A stretch of 64,000 nucleotides of DNA from Clostridia bacterium (GTDB lineage Bacteria; Bacillota; Peptococcia; DRI-13; UBA5745): contig JAHDMJ010000008.1 of assembly GCA_018436095.1 (NCBI GenBank), positions 230,518-294,517 on the forward strand, in the 5' to 3' direction. Of the stretch, positions 53,843-64,000 are shown in pieces. The stretch's first letter is position 1. The number at the start of each line of letters is the position of its first letter. The notes below the pieces were generated by a model, which was not told the origin of the DNA, ran no database searches, and saw only the letters and a program-made list of their open reading frames with translations. Both the position numbers and the translations under genes were made by a program.

Positions 53843-55165
53843 GTGGAACGAGGCCTGTTAGAGATGACATGGCCGATTTTTTTTGAATTGGTTTTACAAA
53901 TGTTGGTCGGCAATGCCGATCAATTTATGATCAGCCGTTACTCCCAGACAGCAGTGGCCGCCATTGGCAATAGCAATCAGGTTCTCAATGTGCTGCTCTT
54001 ATCTTTTGGCGTAGTCAACACCGCCACCGTTATCCTGTTTTCCCAATATAAAGGGGCCGGCCAGCGGGAAAAGATGAATCAAGTGGCCAGCTTGGCTTTG
54101 CTGACCAATATGATCCTGGGTCTTTTGATCGGCGGGATTTTAGTGGCTGCCAAAGGCCGGATTTTTACTTGGATGCAGGTGCCGGCGGATGCCTTTGACG
54201 AGGCCTGCAGATACGTGGATATTGTGGGAAGCTGCCTGGTTTTGCCCGCATTATTCATGACGCTTTCCGCCATATTTCGCAGCAACGGCTGGCTGAAGGA
54301 AGCCTTGGGCATCTCCGCTGTGATGAATGTGCTGAATATTACCGGCAATGCCCTGTTGATTCATGGCTTTGGTCCTTTGCCTGCTTTAGGCCTCAGCGGC
54401 GTGGCCTACTCCAGCAATTTTGCCCGCTTTGCGGGAATCCTCCTGTTTATTTGGTTTTTGCGCCGCCGCCGGCAGCAGCTGGGGATAGCCGTTGCTTATC
54501 TTAACCCCTTTCCCTGGGCCCAGGAAAAGAGGCTTTTGTCTATCGGCCTGCCGGCGGGAGGGGATTCTTTATCCTATACTTCGGCTCAGGTATGCATTTT
54601 GCGCATGATCAATACCTTCGGCACACCGGTGGTAGCTGCTGGTATTTATAGTAAGATGTTTGCCAATTTATCCTTTTTATATTCGCTGGCCCTGGCCCAG
54701 GCCTCCCAGATTTTGGTGGGCTATCGGATCGGCGCCGGCGAAAAGGACCAGGTGGACAAGCAGGTTACCAAAACGGCAGCCCTTGCCGTCATGATTTCTT
54801 GCACTATGTCGGTGATCATGTTTCTCTTATCGGAGCAGCTTTTCGGTTTATTTACGAAGGACCCTCAGGTTATTGCTTTAGGCAGAAAGATTATGCTTAT
54901 CGATATTCCCCTGGAAGCCGGCCGGGCTGTCAATATGGTGATGGTTCGCTCCCTGCAGGCTGCCGGTGATATCCGTTTTCCCGTTGTTTCCGGTATCCTT
55001 TGCGTTTGGCTTGTGGAAGTCACCGGCTGCTATCTCTTTGGAGTAAGGGCCGGCTATGGTCTTGTGGGTATTTGGGCGGTTATGGCCTTTGATGAGGTGT
55101 TCCGGGCAGTGATTTATCTTTGGCGCTGGCGGCAAGGTCTGTGGCGGCAGCGCAGCTTAATTTGA
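53843..55165 (+). CDS. MATE-family efflux transporter
   Basis: A 12-TM-like profile. WPIFFELVLQMLVGNADQFMIS is a typical MATE N-terminus. The start is uncertain (GTG at 53843 or ATG at 53864). Confidence 0.85.
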   Translation: MERGLLEMTWPIFFELVLQMLVGNADQFMISRYSQTAVAAIGNSNQVLNVLLLSFGVVNTATVILFSQYKGAGQREKMNQVASLALLTNMILGLLIGGILVAAKGRIFTWMQVPADAFDEACRYVDIVGSCLVLPALFMTLSAIFRSNGWLKEALGISAVMNVLNITGNALLIHGFGPLPALGLSGVAYSSNFARFAGILLFIWFLRRRRQQLGIAVAYLNPFPWAQEKRLLSIGLPAGGDSLSYTSAQVCILRMINTFGTPVVAAGIYSKMFANLSFLYSLALAQASQILVGYRIGAGEKDQVDKQVTKTAALAVMISCTMSVIMFLLSEQLFGLFTKDPQVIALGRKIMLIDIPLEAGRAVNMVMVRSLQAAGDIRFPVVSGILCVWLVEVTGCYLFGVRAGYGLVGIWAVMAFDEVFRAVIYLWRWRQGLWRQRSLI

Positions 55166-55220
55166 GCAGCAGTGGTTTACCATAATCAATGATAGAATAA
55201 GCGGAAAGAGGGCGTATAAT

Positions 55221-55787
55221 TTGGACAAGGCTTATGTGAGACAGATTAAAGAGTTTCAGGCGGGCTGCCTTCAGGAGGCGGCGGACAAAGAACTGATTTT
55301 GCAGCTTTGCCTCCGGTATCCGGACATCCTGACCAGGGAAAATCTGGTCTGCCATTTGACCAGCTCCGGTTTGATTCTCAATGAAAACTGCGATAAAATA
55401 CTAATGGTACACCATAATATTTACCGTACCTGGACCTGGACCGGCGGCCATGCCGACGGTGATGAGGATCTGGCGGCCATCGCCCTCAAAGAGGCGGCAG
55501 AAGAGACCGGGGTGGGACAAGTTCGTCTATTGTTGCCGGAGATGGCTTCTTTGGACATCATTCCCGTCTATGGCCATATGAAAAAAGACCGTTACGTCAG
55601 CGCCCATCTTCATCTTAACGCCGCTTATGTTTTACAGGCCTCTGAAGATGAGGCCTTATCCATATGCCGGGAAGAAAACAGCGGTGTAGCTTGGGTACCT
55701 TTAGCGGAAGCGCCGGCCCGTTCCGGTGAGCCGGAGTTAATCAGGATTTATGATAAAATGCTTAAACGGACAGGAGTTAAGTTTTAA
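55221..55787 (+). CDS. NUDIX hydrolase
   Basis: The protein contains the Nudix box GGHADGDEDLAAIALKEAAEETG. Confidence 0.75.
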   Translation: MDKAYVRQIKEFQAGCLQEAADKELILQLCLRYPDILTRENLVCHLTSSGLILNENCDKILMVHHNIYRTWTWTGGHADGDEDLAAIALKEAAEETGVGQVRLLLPEMASLDIIPVYGHMKKDRYVSAHLHLNAAYVLQASEDEALSICREENSGVAWVPLAEAPARSGEPELIRIYDKMLKRTGVKF

Positions 55788-55804
55788 TTCAAGGAGCGGT
55801 ACCT

Positions 55805-56464
55805 TTGACAACAGAATCACAGTTTCCCCGCATTGGCATGCGGAATATTAAAACGGGTATATCGGCTGCCCTTTGCGCCCTCATTTATGAATTGGGGGAC
55901 AGGAATGCTACTTTTGCCTGCATCGGCGCAGTCTTCGGCATGGACAGCAACCTGCAGCGGTCCTTGTATACCGGCGGCAACCGCCTGATCGGCACGGTCA
56001 TCGGCGGCTTTCTCGGCATGCTCCTTTTTTACCTTCACCATACGCAGTCCAGTCTAAGCATTCCTTTTCATCTGCCTCTGCCTTTGTTTTTGCTGGCGGG
56101 CGTCACTCTGCTGATTTTTCTTTGCCAGCTTTTGCACGTTACCGGCAGCATCCAGGCCGGTGCTGTGGTCTTTTTTATTGTTATGCTGAATACGCCGGAA
56201 AACGAATACGTCAGTTATGCCATCAACCGCATGATCGATACGGGCTTCGGCGTACTGATGTCTATATTAATCAATGATCTTCTGTCTGTGGAAGTCCTGG
56301 AGAAACTTATCCACCGCTGGGAGAAAGGCCATAGCAAGCAGATAAAACACATGAAAAAAGCCAACGGCTTTGACCGTTGGCTGGAAAGCTATCGTCACAT
56401 ACCTGAACCAATGCTTTGGGATCACCATCACGGCAGGAAGGACGAGGGAAATAAGGATAACTAG
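55805..56464 (+). CDS. aromatic-acid-exporter (ArAE/FUSC)-like membrane protein
   Basis: IGMRNIKTGISAALCALIYEL at the N-terminus plus 4-5 TMs, resembling the YgaE/YqjA-type family. Confidence 0.55.
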   Translation: MTTESQFPRIGMRNIKTGISAALCALIYELGDRNATFACIGAVFGMDSNLQRSLYTGGNRLIGTVIGGFLGMLLFYLHHTQSSLSIPFHLPLPLFLLAGVTLLIFLCQLLHVTGSIQAGAVVFFIVMLNTPENEYVSYAINRMIDTGFGVLMSILINDLLSVEVLEKLIHRWEKGHSKQIKHMKKANGFDRWLESYRHIPEPMLWDHHHGRKDEGNKDN

Positions 56465-58188
56465 CCCTGCTTCAAGGGGTACACCAGACGCAGGCCTTCG
56501 TAGCCCTTTTGGGTGGGGAAACAATAGCTGTGAGTAGCACAGGATAAACAGGCATTTTGATCCCGGATCTCCAAAGACCAGTCGGATTGGGGATAGCGCT
56601 CATTCATCAAGGCCCACAGGCAAATGGCTTTTTCCAGACCGTCGCCGGTTTTGAAATTCCAGACCTCGTCGGGCTGAGCCAGCCGGGAACCGTCATAGAT
56701 GGAATCATGATCAAATTTGCGGAGAATTTCATACAAAGCCATAGGCGAGCGGCGGCGGCCGGCTTCCAGACATACGGGGTTGCGCTCTAAGGCCGCTTTG
56801 AGAAAGGGCTCCCAGGGAGCTAACTCCATATCCCGGTAAGCCATAAAGGCCAGGTCGGCTACAGGTGAAACGCCCCGCATGGATTGCAGATAATCAATAA
56901 CTTCCTGGCGGCTGCCCAGATCCCGCAGATCCAGGCCGGGCTGGGACAGCCAGATTTTTTCGTTGCCGGGCAAACGGGGGGTAATCCGGCAGAAGGCTAA
57001 AAACTCCTGGCGCAAGAGCTCCGGCACTTCTTCATAAATAGCCTCCAGATCCTTGCGCAACAGAACCCGGTTTGCTAAAGGGGCCTCAGATAATGCCTCC
57101 GAAGGCAGCAAAGGGGCCAGTTTGTTTAATGTAGCTTCATTGGCCGTATAATTGCTGCCGGGCTCCAAAGCGTACACGGCTTCGGCAGCGGCATAATAAT
57201 GACCGCTTTCAAGATTCAGGCGAAATTGAAACTTCTCCTGCCATTGGGGAGCTTGCCGCAGAAAATTAACCAGCAGGTCTTGATTGGGCGGAGAATCCAG
57301 GAAGCTGGTAATCTGCTTGCAAAAATGGTCATAGCGATTAGGCGGCAGGGTGGCTTCGGGGTAAAGGGTATGAACGTAACCCTCATTGGTGCAAACGATG
57401 GTGACCTGTTCATTTTCCAGAGCCCGCCGGGCTTTGGCCGAAAGCTCCGTACCATTGCACCACATAGCTTTCGTCACCAGCCGCCGGTTATTGGTCAAAA
57501 CCCCGTCTTTCATATCAATGAAGTTTTGAGAGTGGAGAGGGGTAGCCATCATATACATGTCTTCCAGAGGAATGCCGGCTAAGACATAGAGAGCGGCATA
57601 ATAAAGCACGGAGAAGGAAACGCATTCGCCGGCGCCTCTGTCATGGCCTTCCTTGCGGTAAAAGGCAGCCATGGCTTCCAAAGTCTCTGTTTTCCAATAC
57701 GGAATCACATTGGAATGGTATTTGTCCAGGCCAAAATGGCGGCGGATATCGATATCGAAATAATATTTATCCCCTTCGTAACCAAAAAGGGCGTTGCTTT
57801 GGGACAAGGCTTTCTCATCCACAAAAGAGCTGAATCTGGCTAATTCTTTTTCTTTGGTGGTAAGACCCCAGGTATCCAGGTCCAGGTTGAAGGCAAAACG
57901 GTCGATGATGAACTGCTTTACCCGCAGTACCTTGCGGTAGGGGGAAAGCTTTTCCATACCTTCAAACCAGGGATCCTCCCGCCAGGACCAGATCATGGGA
58001 GACATGATATTGGCTAAAGCCAAAGCAATAATCAGATCGGGGAAAATAAAGACTTCCATGTCCGACAGGCTAACGGCAGAAGAATATTTTTCTAAATCCG
58101 CAGGGGTAAAGGCCGATAAAGGTAAAGGCTCGATTTCCTTACGGTTTTTTTTGCTGCTGCAGGGGCAGCCGTTACTGCTTGCACTCAT
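56461..58188 (-). CDS. conserved hypothetical protein with transglutaminase-like Cys core
   Basis: 575 aa. GAGECVSFSVLYYAALYVLAGIP resembles the GxCxxF catalytic-Cys segment of transglutaminase-like folds. The N-terminus is Cys-rich (NGCPCSS). Confidence 0.35.
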   Translation of the reverse strand: MSASSNGCPCSSKKNRKEIEPLPLSAFTPADLEKYSSAVSLSDMEVFIFPDLIIALALANIMSPMIWSWREDPWFEGMEKLSPYRKVLRVKQFIIDRFAFNLDLDTWGLTTKEKELARFSSFVDEKALSQSNALFGYEGDKYYFDIDIRRHFGLDKYHSNVIPYWKTETLEAMAAFYRKEGHDRGAGECVSFSVLYYAALYVLAGIPLEDMYMMATPLHSQNFIDMKDGVLTNNRRLVTKAMWCNGTELSAKARRALENEQVTIVCTNEGYVHTLYPEATLPPNRYDHFCKQITSFLDSPPNQDLLVNFLRQAPQWQEKFQFRLNLESGHYYAAAEAVYALEPGSNYTANEATLNKLAPLLPSEALSEAPLANRVLLRKDLEAIYEEVPELLRQEFLAFCRITPRLPGNEKIWLSQPGLDLRDLGSRQEVIDYLQSMRGVSPVADLAFMAYRDMELAPWEPFLKAALERNPVCLEAGRRRSPMALYEILRKFDHDSIYDGSRLAQPDEVWNFKTGDGLEKAICLWALMNERYPQSDWSLEIRDQNACLSCATHSYCFPTQKGYEGLRLVYPLKQG

Positions 58189-58339
58189 AAAGGACCTCGT
58201 TTCTGGATAATTCTCTTTTCATATTGAATTGGTAGATATTAATTATACACAGTTCTCTGTATAATGCAATGTTTTAGGTATAAAAAATGTTAAAATTGTC
58301 CACCCTATTAATAATTCTTTTTAAATATGGGGTGGAATC

Positions 58340-58936
58340 ATGAAACGATATTTAAGGCTAACTCTGTTTTTTTGCGGCCTTTTTCTACTTAGCTTTGGCT
58401 TTGCCGCCTATACAAACCAATTGGGCCCGCCTTTGCCTTACTATCGGGAAGAGACCCAGGCCGGCGTCCCGATAAAGCCGGCGGTGGTGGAAGAAGGCAC
58501 CATTGTGGATATCCAGGAAAGCTACAGTTTTTGCCGGCAAAGCGGCTTTAGCTGTGCCGACAGGCGGCCTTTGACGGGAGCGCCCCGGCAAGCCTTAAAC
58601 GGCAAGGGCAGCGAAGAGATTTCCTTATTATATAGCAGCGCCGAGGGCTGGCAGGTGCAATGGGAAGACGGCGGGGCCGAGCTGCTAATTTGGCGGACGA
58701 AAGAAGGCTTCTGTCCGGAGCACACCGGATACTGGCATTTTGAAGAAGGCGACAGGGGCAATATTGAGGTTTACCAAGGTCCTGCCGGCAGCGGCAAGTT
58801 GGGTGAGCTGACTCTTTCCACAACCATTAAAGTAAATTCTTTGCCGGAGGCTTATCAGGAAAAGGTACGCAACGGTAGCTGGCAGTTTCAAAACCGGGAT
58901 GACCTGCAAAATGTCATCGACAGCCTGGACAGTTAG
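58340..58936 (+). CDS. BofC-like sporulation protein
   Basis: Signal/anchor N-terminus. The C-terminal part (GFCPEH...IEVYQGPAGS...T.I...LPE......G..F...DDL....DSL) resembles the BofC C-terminal domain. Its location near ruvAB matches B. subtilis. Confidence 0.5.
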   Translation: MKRYLRLTLFFCGLFLLSFGFAAYTNQLGPPLPYYREETQAGVPIKPAVVEEGTIVDIQESYSFCRQSGFSCADRRPLTGAPRQALNGKGSEEISLLYSSAEGWQVQWEDGGAELLIWRTKEGFCPEHTGYWHFEEGDRGNIEVYQGPAGSGKLGELTLSTTIKVNSLPEAYQEKVRNGSWQFQNRDDLQNVIDSLDS

Positions 58937-59181
58937 CTGGCAGCACTTTGGGAAGAACGTGAGAAGACAGAATCTGAACAAGGGATAAAACCCTCTCAAT
59001 TAGGAAAGGGCAAGTCGGCAGCAGCGCAGAAAAGCGGGCAGGCTGATTTGCCCTTTTCTAGTATGCCCTGTTTTTGTCTGCCAATGCTTTGGCTCCCATG
59101 CGCCTTGCAGAAGATAATCCGGTGAAGTATAATATAAAGATGAAAAAATGAATTGCAGGTATACTTGAGGGAGGAAACAAT

Positions 59182-59937
59182 ATGTCAGGTCATTCAAAAT
59201 GGGCCAATATTAAACATCGCAAGGGCAAACAAGATGCGGTAAAAGGCGTGATGTTCACCAAGCTGGGTAGGGAGATCATCGTGGCGGCCAGAGCCGGCGG
59301 CGGCAATCCCGAGGCCAATTTCCGCTTAAAGATAGCTATAGCAAAAGCGAAAGCAGCCAATATGCCTAATGATAATATTAAGAGAGCTATCGAAAAAGGC
59401 GCCGGCGGCATGGACGGGGCCAATTATGAGGAGCTGACCTATGAGGGCTACGGTCCCGGCGGCACCGCCGTTATGGTTAAGGCCATGACGGACAACCGCA
59501 ACCGGACCGCCGGTGAAATCCGCCATATTTTTTCGAAAAATGGCGGCAATATGGGGGAGACAGGCTGCGTCGGCTGGATGTTTAAAGAAAAGGGCGTCCT
59601 GACTATTGATAAAGAAGACTGTAAGCAGAGTGTGGACGATCTGATGCTTCTGGCTTTGGACCTGGGGGCCGATGATCTGCAGGAAGAAGAAGACGCCATT
59701 GAGATTACTACGCCTCCCGAGGCTTTCCAGGCGGTTAAAGAAGGTATGGAGGCCGCCGGCGTGGTGTTCAGCGACGGCGAAGTGACCATGGTGCCGGAAA
59801 ACTCCGTAATAGTGACGGATTTAGAGCAGGCCAAATACGTGCTAAGGATGATGGAGGCACTGGAGGATCACGACGATGTGCAAAACACCTTTACGAATTT
59901 CGACGTGCCTGATGAGATTGCCGAGAAGCTGGCCTGA
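59182..59937 (+). CDS. yebC: YebC/PmpR-family DNA-binding transcriptional regulator
   Basis: The N-terminal sequence [19 protein letters not shown] is canonical for this family. Confidence 0.9.
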   Translation: MSGHSKWANIKHRKGKQDAVKGVMFTKLGREIIVAARAGGGNPEANFRLKIAIAKAKAANMPNDNIKRAIEKGAGGMDGANYEELTYEGYGPGGTAVMVKAMTDNRNRTAGEIRHIFSKNGGNMGETGCVGWMFKEKGVLTIDKEDCKQSVDDLMLLALDLGADDLQEEEDAIEITTPPEAFQAVKEGMEAAGVVFSDGEVTMVPENSVIVTDLEQAKYVLRMMEALEDHDDVQNTFTNFDVPDEIAEKLA

Positions 59938-59967
59938 CCGGCATAATCGGCTCAAAAAGGAGAAACG

Positions 59968-60465
59968 ATGATCGTTTTGGGCATAGATCCCGGCACTGCC
60001 ATTATGGGCTACGGTGTGGTAAGCTATCAGAATAGTAAGCATAAACCTTTGACTTACGGGGTCTTACGGACAGATAAAGAGGAGAAGACGGAAGACCGGC
60101 TAAAAAAGCTTTTTCACGGGATCAACGGGCTTTTAGACGAGTACCGGCCGGATGTGATGGCGGTGGAGGAGTTGTTTTTTAATCGCAATGTAACTACGGC
60201 CATTACCGTAGGCCAGGCCAGGGGCGTGGCTTTATTGGCTGCCAGCCTGCGGGGTATACCGGTAGGCGAATACACGCCTTTGCAGGTCAAGCAGGCAGTG
60301 GTGGGCTATGGCCGGGCGGAAAAGCAGCAGGTACAGTACATGATTCAGCGTATATTGGGGCTGCAGGAAGTACCAAAACCCGATGATGCGGCGGACGCTT
60401 TGGCCATTGCCATTTGCTATTGCCAGTTCGGGGGAAAGAGTAGCTGGCGCAGCAGCAAAGGCTGA
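59968..60465 (+). CDS. ruvC: crossover junction endodeoxyribonuclease RuvC
   Basis: [16 protein letters not shown], plus the DAADALAIA motif near the C-terminus. Confidence 0.9.
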   Translation: MIVLGIDPGTAIMGYGVVSYQNSKHKPLTYGVLRTDKEEKTEDRLKKLFHGINGLLDEYRPDVMAVEELFFNRNVTTAITVGQARGVALLAASLRGIPVGEYTPLQVKQAVVGYGRAEKQQVQYMIQRILGLQEVPKPDDAADALAIAICYCQFGGKSSWRSSKG

Positions 60466-60511
60466 TGCGGAGCCTGTCCATCGGATGAAAAGCAGATAAG
60501 GGAGAGTTTGC

Positions 60512-61120
60512 ATGTTTGAGTTTATTGAGGGTGAGATTGTAGCCAAAGAGCTGCAGCGGCTGGTGGTCAAAACCGGCAGTATCGGCTATAGCCTGCTGGT
60601 TTCCAATCAAACCTTGTCCAGCCTGCCGCCGGCAGGGAGCAAGGCCCTGGTATATACTAACCTCCAAGTGCGGGAGGATGATATCAGCCTATATGGCTTT
60701 GCCACTAAAGAGGAACGAGCTTTCTTTGAACTGCTGATTCAGGTTTCCGGTGTGGGACCGAAGCTGGCCCTGACTACGCTGTCGGCTTACCCCATCGTCA
60801 CCTTAAAAAAAGCCATAATCATGGGGGATTTGGCGGCCTTGACCAGCGTTGCCGGCATCGGCAAAAAGACGGCCCAACGGCTGATTTTGGAGCTTAAAGA
60901 TAAATTGAGCAAGGAAATGCTGCCGGAGTACGAAGGCAGCGAATTAGCGGCGGTTGCCGCCGGCGACGCCGAGGGAATAATCGGTCAGGCTATAGAAGCC
61001 TTGGAGGCCTTGGGCTATTCCCGCAGCGAAGTGATGAAAGTCTTTGCCGGCAAGGAAATAGGCGATCTGGATGTGGAAGGCTTGATTAAATTCGGCTTGA
61101 AACAGCTAGCCAGATTTTAA
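60512..61120 (+). CDS. ruvA: Holliday junction helicase subunit RuvA
   Basis: MFEFIEGEI..., and LIQVSGVGPKLAL / VAGIGKKTAQRLILELK HhH motifs. Confidence 0.95.
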   Translation: MFEFIEGEIVAKELQRLVVKTGSIGYSLLVSNQTLSSLPPAGSKALVYTNLQVREDDISLYGFATKEERAFFELLIQVSGVGPKLALTTLSAYPIVTLKKAIIMGDLAALTSVAGIGKKTAQRLILELKDKLSKEMLPEYEGSELAAVAAGDAEGIIGQAIEALEALGYSRSEVMKVFAGKEIGDLDVEGLIKFGLKQLARF

Positions 61121-61149
61121 ACGCAGGCAAAGGAAAATAAGGAGGCTAC

Positions 61150-62271
61150 ATGGAGGAGGAACGTCTGGTCAGCCCTGATGCGGGGCGGGATGAAACAGAG
61201 GAAGGCAGCATCCGGCCTTTGCGGCTGGCGGACTACATCGGTCAGTCAAAGGTCAAGGAAAACCTGGAGGTCTTTATCACTGCCGCCAGGCAGCGCCGGG
61301 ACCCTCTTGACCATGTCTTGCTTTATGGCCCCCCGGGCTTGGGCAAGACCACTTTGGCCAATATTATAGCGGCGGAAATGGGGGCTAATTTGCGCAGCAC
61401 CTCAGGGCCGGCCATTGAGCGGCCAGGGGATTTAGCGGCTATTTTAACGAATCTGGAGCCTATGGATGTACTGTTTATCGATGAGATCCACCGGTTAAAC
61501 CGCTCGGTGGAAGAGGTCCTTTATCCGGCCATGGAGGACTTCTGTCTGGATATTATGATCGGCAAAGGCCCCAGCGCCAGGACTATCCGTATGGACATAC
61601 CGCCCTTTACCCTGGTGGGAGCCACTACCAGAGCGGGCAGGCTGTCGGCGCCTTTGCGGGACCGTTTCGGCGTCATCAACCGGCTGGAGTATTATAATGT
61701 GGATAGCCTGGTGACGATAGTCACCAGAGCCGCCAGAATCCTCAATATTGATATTGAGCCGGAGGGGGCCAAAGAAATCGGCCGGCGGGCCAGGGGCACC
61801 CCCAGAATAGCTAACCGGCTATTAAAGCGGGTCCGGGATTTTGCCCAGGTTACCAATCACAATATGATCGATTACACCACCGCCAAGGAAGCCATGGACC
61901 GTCTGGAGGTGGATGAATTAGGGCTGGATGCGGTGGACCGCCATATGCTGTTGACGATCATCCAGAAGTTTGGCGGCGGACCCGTAGGCCTGGATACTCT
62001 GGGGGCCTCCATCAGCGAGGAGACGGAGACCATCGAGGATGTTTACGAGCCTTACCTTTTGCAGATGGGGCTTTTGCAGCGGACGACCCGGGGCCGGATG
62101 GCCACGGCAGAGGCTTACCAGTATTTGCGGCAGCCCCTGCCCGCCGACAGAGAGGCAAAAATCCTCCAAGGCAGTATTTTTAACGGCGAACAGGATGAGA
62201 CTCAGGAAGGGAGCAGTGCTTCCCGCCTCAGCATCAGCCAAAAGAGTTTGTTTGAGCAGGAAGGACTATGA
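61150..62271 (+). CDS. ruvB: Holliday junction helicase subunit RuvB
   Basis: [31 protein letters not shown] and [10 protein letters not shown]. It has a ~35-aa acidic/Ser-rich C-terminal tail beyond the usual end. Confidence 0.95.
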   Translation: MEEERLVSPDAGRDETEEGSIRPLRLADYIGQSKVKENLEVFITAARQRRDPLDHVLLYGPPGLGKTTLANIIAAEMGANLRSTSGPAIERPGDLAAILTNLEPMDVLFIDEIHRLNRSVEEVLYPAMEDFCLDIMIGKGPSARTIRMDIPPFTLVGATTRAGRLSAPLRDRFGVINRLEYYNVDSLVTIVTRAARILNIDIEPEGAKEIGRRARGTPRIANRLLKRVRDFAQVTNHNMIDYTTAKEAMDRLEVDELGLDAVDRHMLLTIIQKFGGGPVGLDTLGASISEETETIEDVYEPYLLQMGLLQRTTRGRMATAEAYQYLRQPLPADREAKILQGSIFNGEQDETQEGSSASRLSISQKSLFEQEGL

Positions 62272-62834
62272 GCGAAAATAAGATTTTTTTACATAGCTGC
62301 TGCGGCCCCTGTACCATGTACCCTTTAGAGGCTTTGCGGCAGGAGGGCTTTGCGGTACAAGGCTATTTTTACAATCCGAATATTCACCCCTATCGGGAGT
62401 TTAAAGCCCGTCTGGATTCCTACCGCCAGATGGCTGCAGTGCAGGATTTGCCTGTGCAGGTAGAAGAAGACTACGGCCTGGCTGTCTTTCTGGAGGAACT
62501 GCAGGACAAGGATCTCGGGGTTTATCAGGCGAAATCGGCGGAACGCTGTCAGACCTGTTACCGGCTGCGGTTGGAGAAGGCGGCCCAGGCCTGCCGGCAG
62601 GCGGGACTTAAGGTGTTCAGCACCACCCTGCTGGTCAGCCCCTACCAGCAGCATGAAATGATTAAAGAAGCCGGCCGGCAGGCGGCAGCCGCTGCAGGGG
62701 TGACCTTCCTATACCGGGATTTCCGGCCTGGCTTCCGGCAGGGACAACAAAAAGCCCGGGCCTTAAACCTGTATATGCAAGGCTACTGCGGCTGTGTCTT
62801 CAGCGAATACGAACGTTATGGCAGCAAAGCATGA
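62268..62834 (+). CDS. queH: epoxyqueuosine reductase QueH (DUF208)
   Basis: LHSCCGPC near the N-terminus and GYCGCVFSE near the C-terminus. Confidence 0.85.
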   Translation: MSENKIFLHSCCGPCTMYPLEALRQEGFAVQGYFYNPNIHPYREFKARLDSYRQMAAVQDLPVQVEEDYGLAVFLEELQDKDLGVYQAKSAERCQTCYRLRLEKAAQACRQAGLKVFSTTLLVSPYQQHEMIKEAGRQAAAAAGVTFLYRDFRPGFRQGQQKARALNLYMQGYCGCVFSEYERYGSKA

Positions 62835-62878
62835 GTTGGAGGAGAATGAGTTAGTAAAGCATAAGCTTGGGAGGCGTC

Positions 62879-64000
62879 ATGAAAGATAGATTTTTAAAAA
62901 AGGGCTTTGCACTGGCAACACTCTTTATATTAACGGCGTTGCTCTTTTCCTTATTAGATATAGGAGGAAGCCGGCAGTTGGAAGCGGCGGTGACTGTGCC
63001 CCAGGGAGCCTCTATTGTCCGGGTGGCGGTGGCTCTTAATCAGTCCAGCGCCGTCTTGACGGTGCGGGAAGGCACCTACAGCCTGGGGGATCCCGACAAA
63101 GGAATAGAAGCAGGAGCCGCCGGCGCCGGGCAAAGGCTGTCTCTCAGCCCTGCCGGCAGCGGCCTGTCGGTAAGCCAGGAGGGCAATACCGTAAATATTA
63201 CGGGCAGCCGGCTTTTGCTGACGCCTCAAGGAGAGGGCAGAACCCTGATCAATCACGGCAGCCGTACCTATCGAGGCAGTTTCTTGGTGGAAAACAAGAA
63301 CGGCACTTTAAACGTCATCAATATTCTAGACGTGGATCTTTATCTTTTGGGTGTGCTGCCTATGGAAATGGGGATGAGCACCGCGCCGCCGGAAGCATTA
63401 AAAGCCCAGGCCGTAGTCAGCAGGACTTACGCCCTGCGCAAAAAGTCTGCTAACGGTTCTTATGACCTGGTTTCCGGCACTGCCGATCAATTGTACGGCG
63501 GCTATGGCAATGAAAAGTCCTTTACTACGGCGGCAGTGGAGGCCACAAAGGGACAGGCTATATTTTATGACGGCAAAATCATCGAAGCCTTTTTTAGCGC
63601 CAATGCCGGAGGCTATACGGAGGATGCGGAAAACGTCTGGAATGAAGCATTGCCTTATGCCAAAGCTGTAGCCTCTCCCTACGACGCTTATGCTTTAGAA
63701 ATGGCTCAGGATAGTACGGGCTATCCCGGTTATACTTATCGCTGGCAGGTTCGCTATACCATTGCCGAATTGGAAAGCAGAATAACCAAATGGAATCAGG
63801 ACAACCCCAGCATTCCCATAAATATCGGCAGTTTTCGCCAGCTTAAGGGCTACGCTCTGGCCTATGACCCAAATACGAGAAAGATTACTGACCGCTCAAA
63901 TAGCTCCGGCCGGATTACTAAGCTGGATATTGTGGGCAGCACCAATACCTTTTCCATGCACCGGGAGACCCTGCGGTCTTTTCTAAGCCTGCGCAGCACT
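62879..64000 (+). CDS. spoIID: SpoIID/LytB-domain sporulation protein (3' end outside window)
   Basis: The ORF from the ATG at 62879 stays open to the window edge (374 codons) and is absent from the ORF track for that reason. LYLLGVLPMEMG...EALKAQAVVSRTYAL and FFSANAGGYTEDAENVW are SpoIID signatures. Confidence 0.85.
   Translation, partial: MKDRFLKKGFALATLFILTALLFSLLDIGGSRQLEAAVTVPQGASIVRVAVALNQSSAVLTVREGTYSLGDPDKGIEAGAAGAGQRLSLSPAGSGLSVSQEGNTVNITGSRLLLTPQGEGRTLINHGSRTYRGSFLVENKNGTLNVINILDVDLYLLGVLPMEMGMSTAPPEALKAQAVVSRTYALRKKSANGSYDLVSGTADQLYGGYGNEKSFTTAAVEATKGQAIFYDGKIIEAFFSANAGGYTEDAENVWNEALPYAKAVASPYDAYALEMAQDSTGYPGYTYRWQVRYTIAELESRITKWNQDNPSIPINIGSFRQLKGYALAYDPNTRKITDRSNSSGRITKLDIVGSTNTFSMHRETLRSFLSLRST

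Overview
This is a 64-kb chromosomal segment from a moderately GC-rich, apparently endospore-forming Firmicute. That taxonomic guess is inferred from spoIID, a bofC-like gene, yunB, T-box leaders and the synteny of infC-rpmI-rplT, pheST-zapA-mutS2 and ruvCAB-queH. Most of the window is housekeeping. It holds a partial Mo-co oxidoreductase subunit, nhaC, infC-rpmI-rplT, a TrmH-family methyltransferase, a GltD-like oxidoreductase and glnS. It also holds an NfeD/flotillin operon, T-box::pheST, zapA, a U32 peptidase, mutS2 and a TetR-controlled MacAB-like ABC exporter. The rest is T-box::trpDCFBA, a Zur-type low-zinc cluster, PBP1A, yunB, a MATE exporter, yebC-ruvCAB-queH and the start of spoIID. 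The one clearly accessory region lies between rplT and the TrmH-family gene (about 4.8-15.7 kb). It contains a small cas-less CRISPR array with 33-nt, type I-C-like repeats. The array has been split inside one repeat by a ~9.07-kb insertion bounded by two identical 25-nt repeat-derived cores (5466-5490 and 14532-14556). The insert carries a large serine recombinase whose N-terminus looks aberrant. It also carries a five-gene, tightly spaced (two 4-nt overlaps, gaps of 5 and 13 nt), AT-rich operon: XRE HTH, type III Mod, type III Res, a HamA-like PD-(D/E)xK protein and a HamB-like SF2 helicase. This is a composite R-M plus Hachiman-type defence module on an element that appears to use a CRISPR repeat as its attachment site. 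Next to it, a DUF1638 gene sits between two ~60-nt direct repeats that contain a promoter-like TATAAT. Smaller oddities are also reported: an iteron-like 22-bp motif array upstream of the trp T-box, a 14-bp tandem repeat upstream of the pheS promoter, a ~130-nt structured element after the DUF2500 gene, a frameshifted RhuM remnant, and a CobW-GTPase::permease fusion. All calls rest on reading the sequence and the ORF translations by eye. No database search was run.
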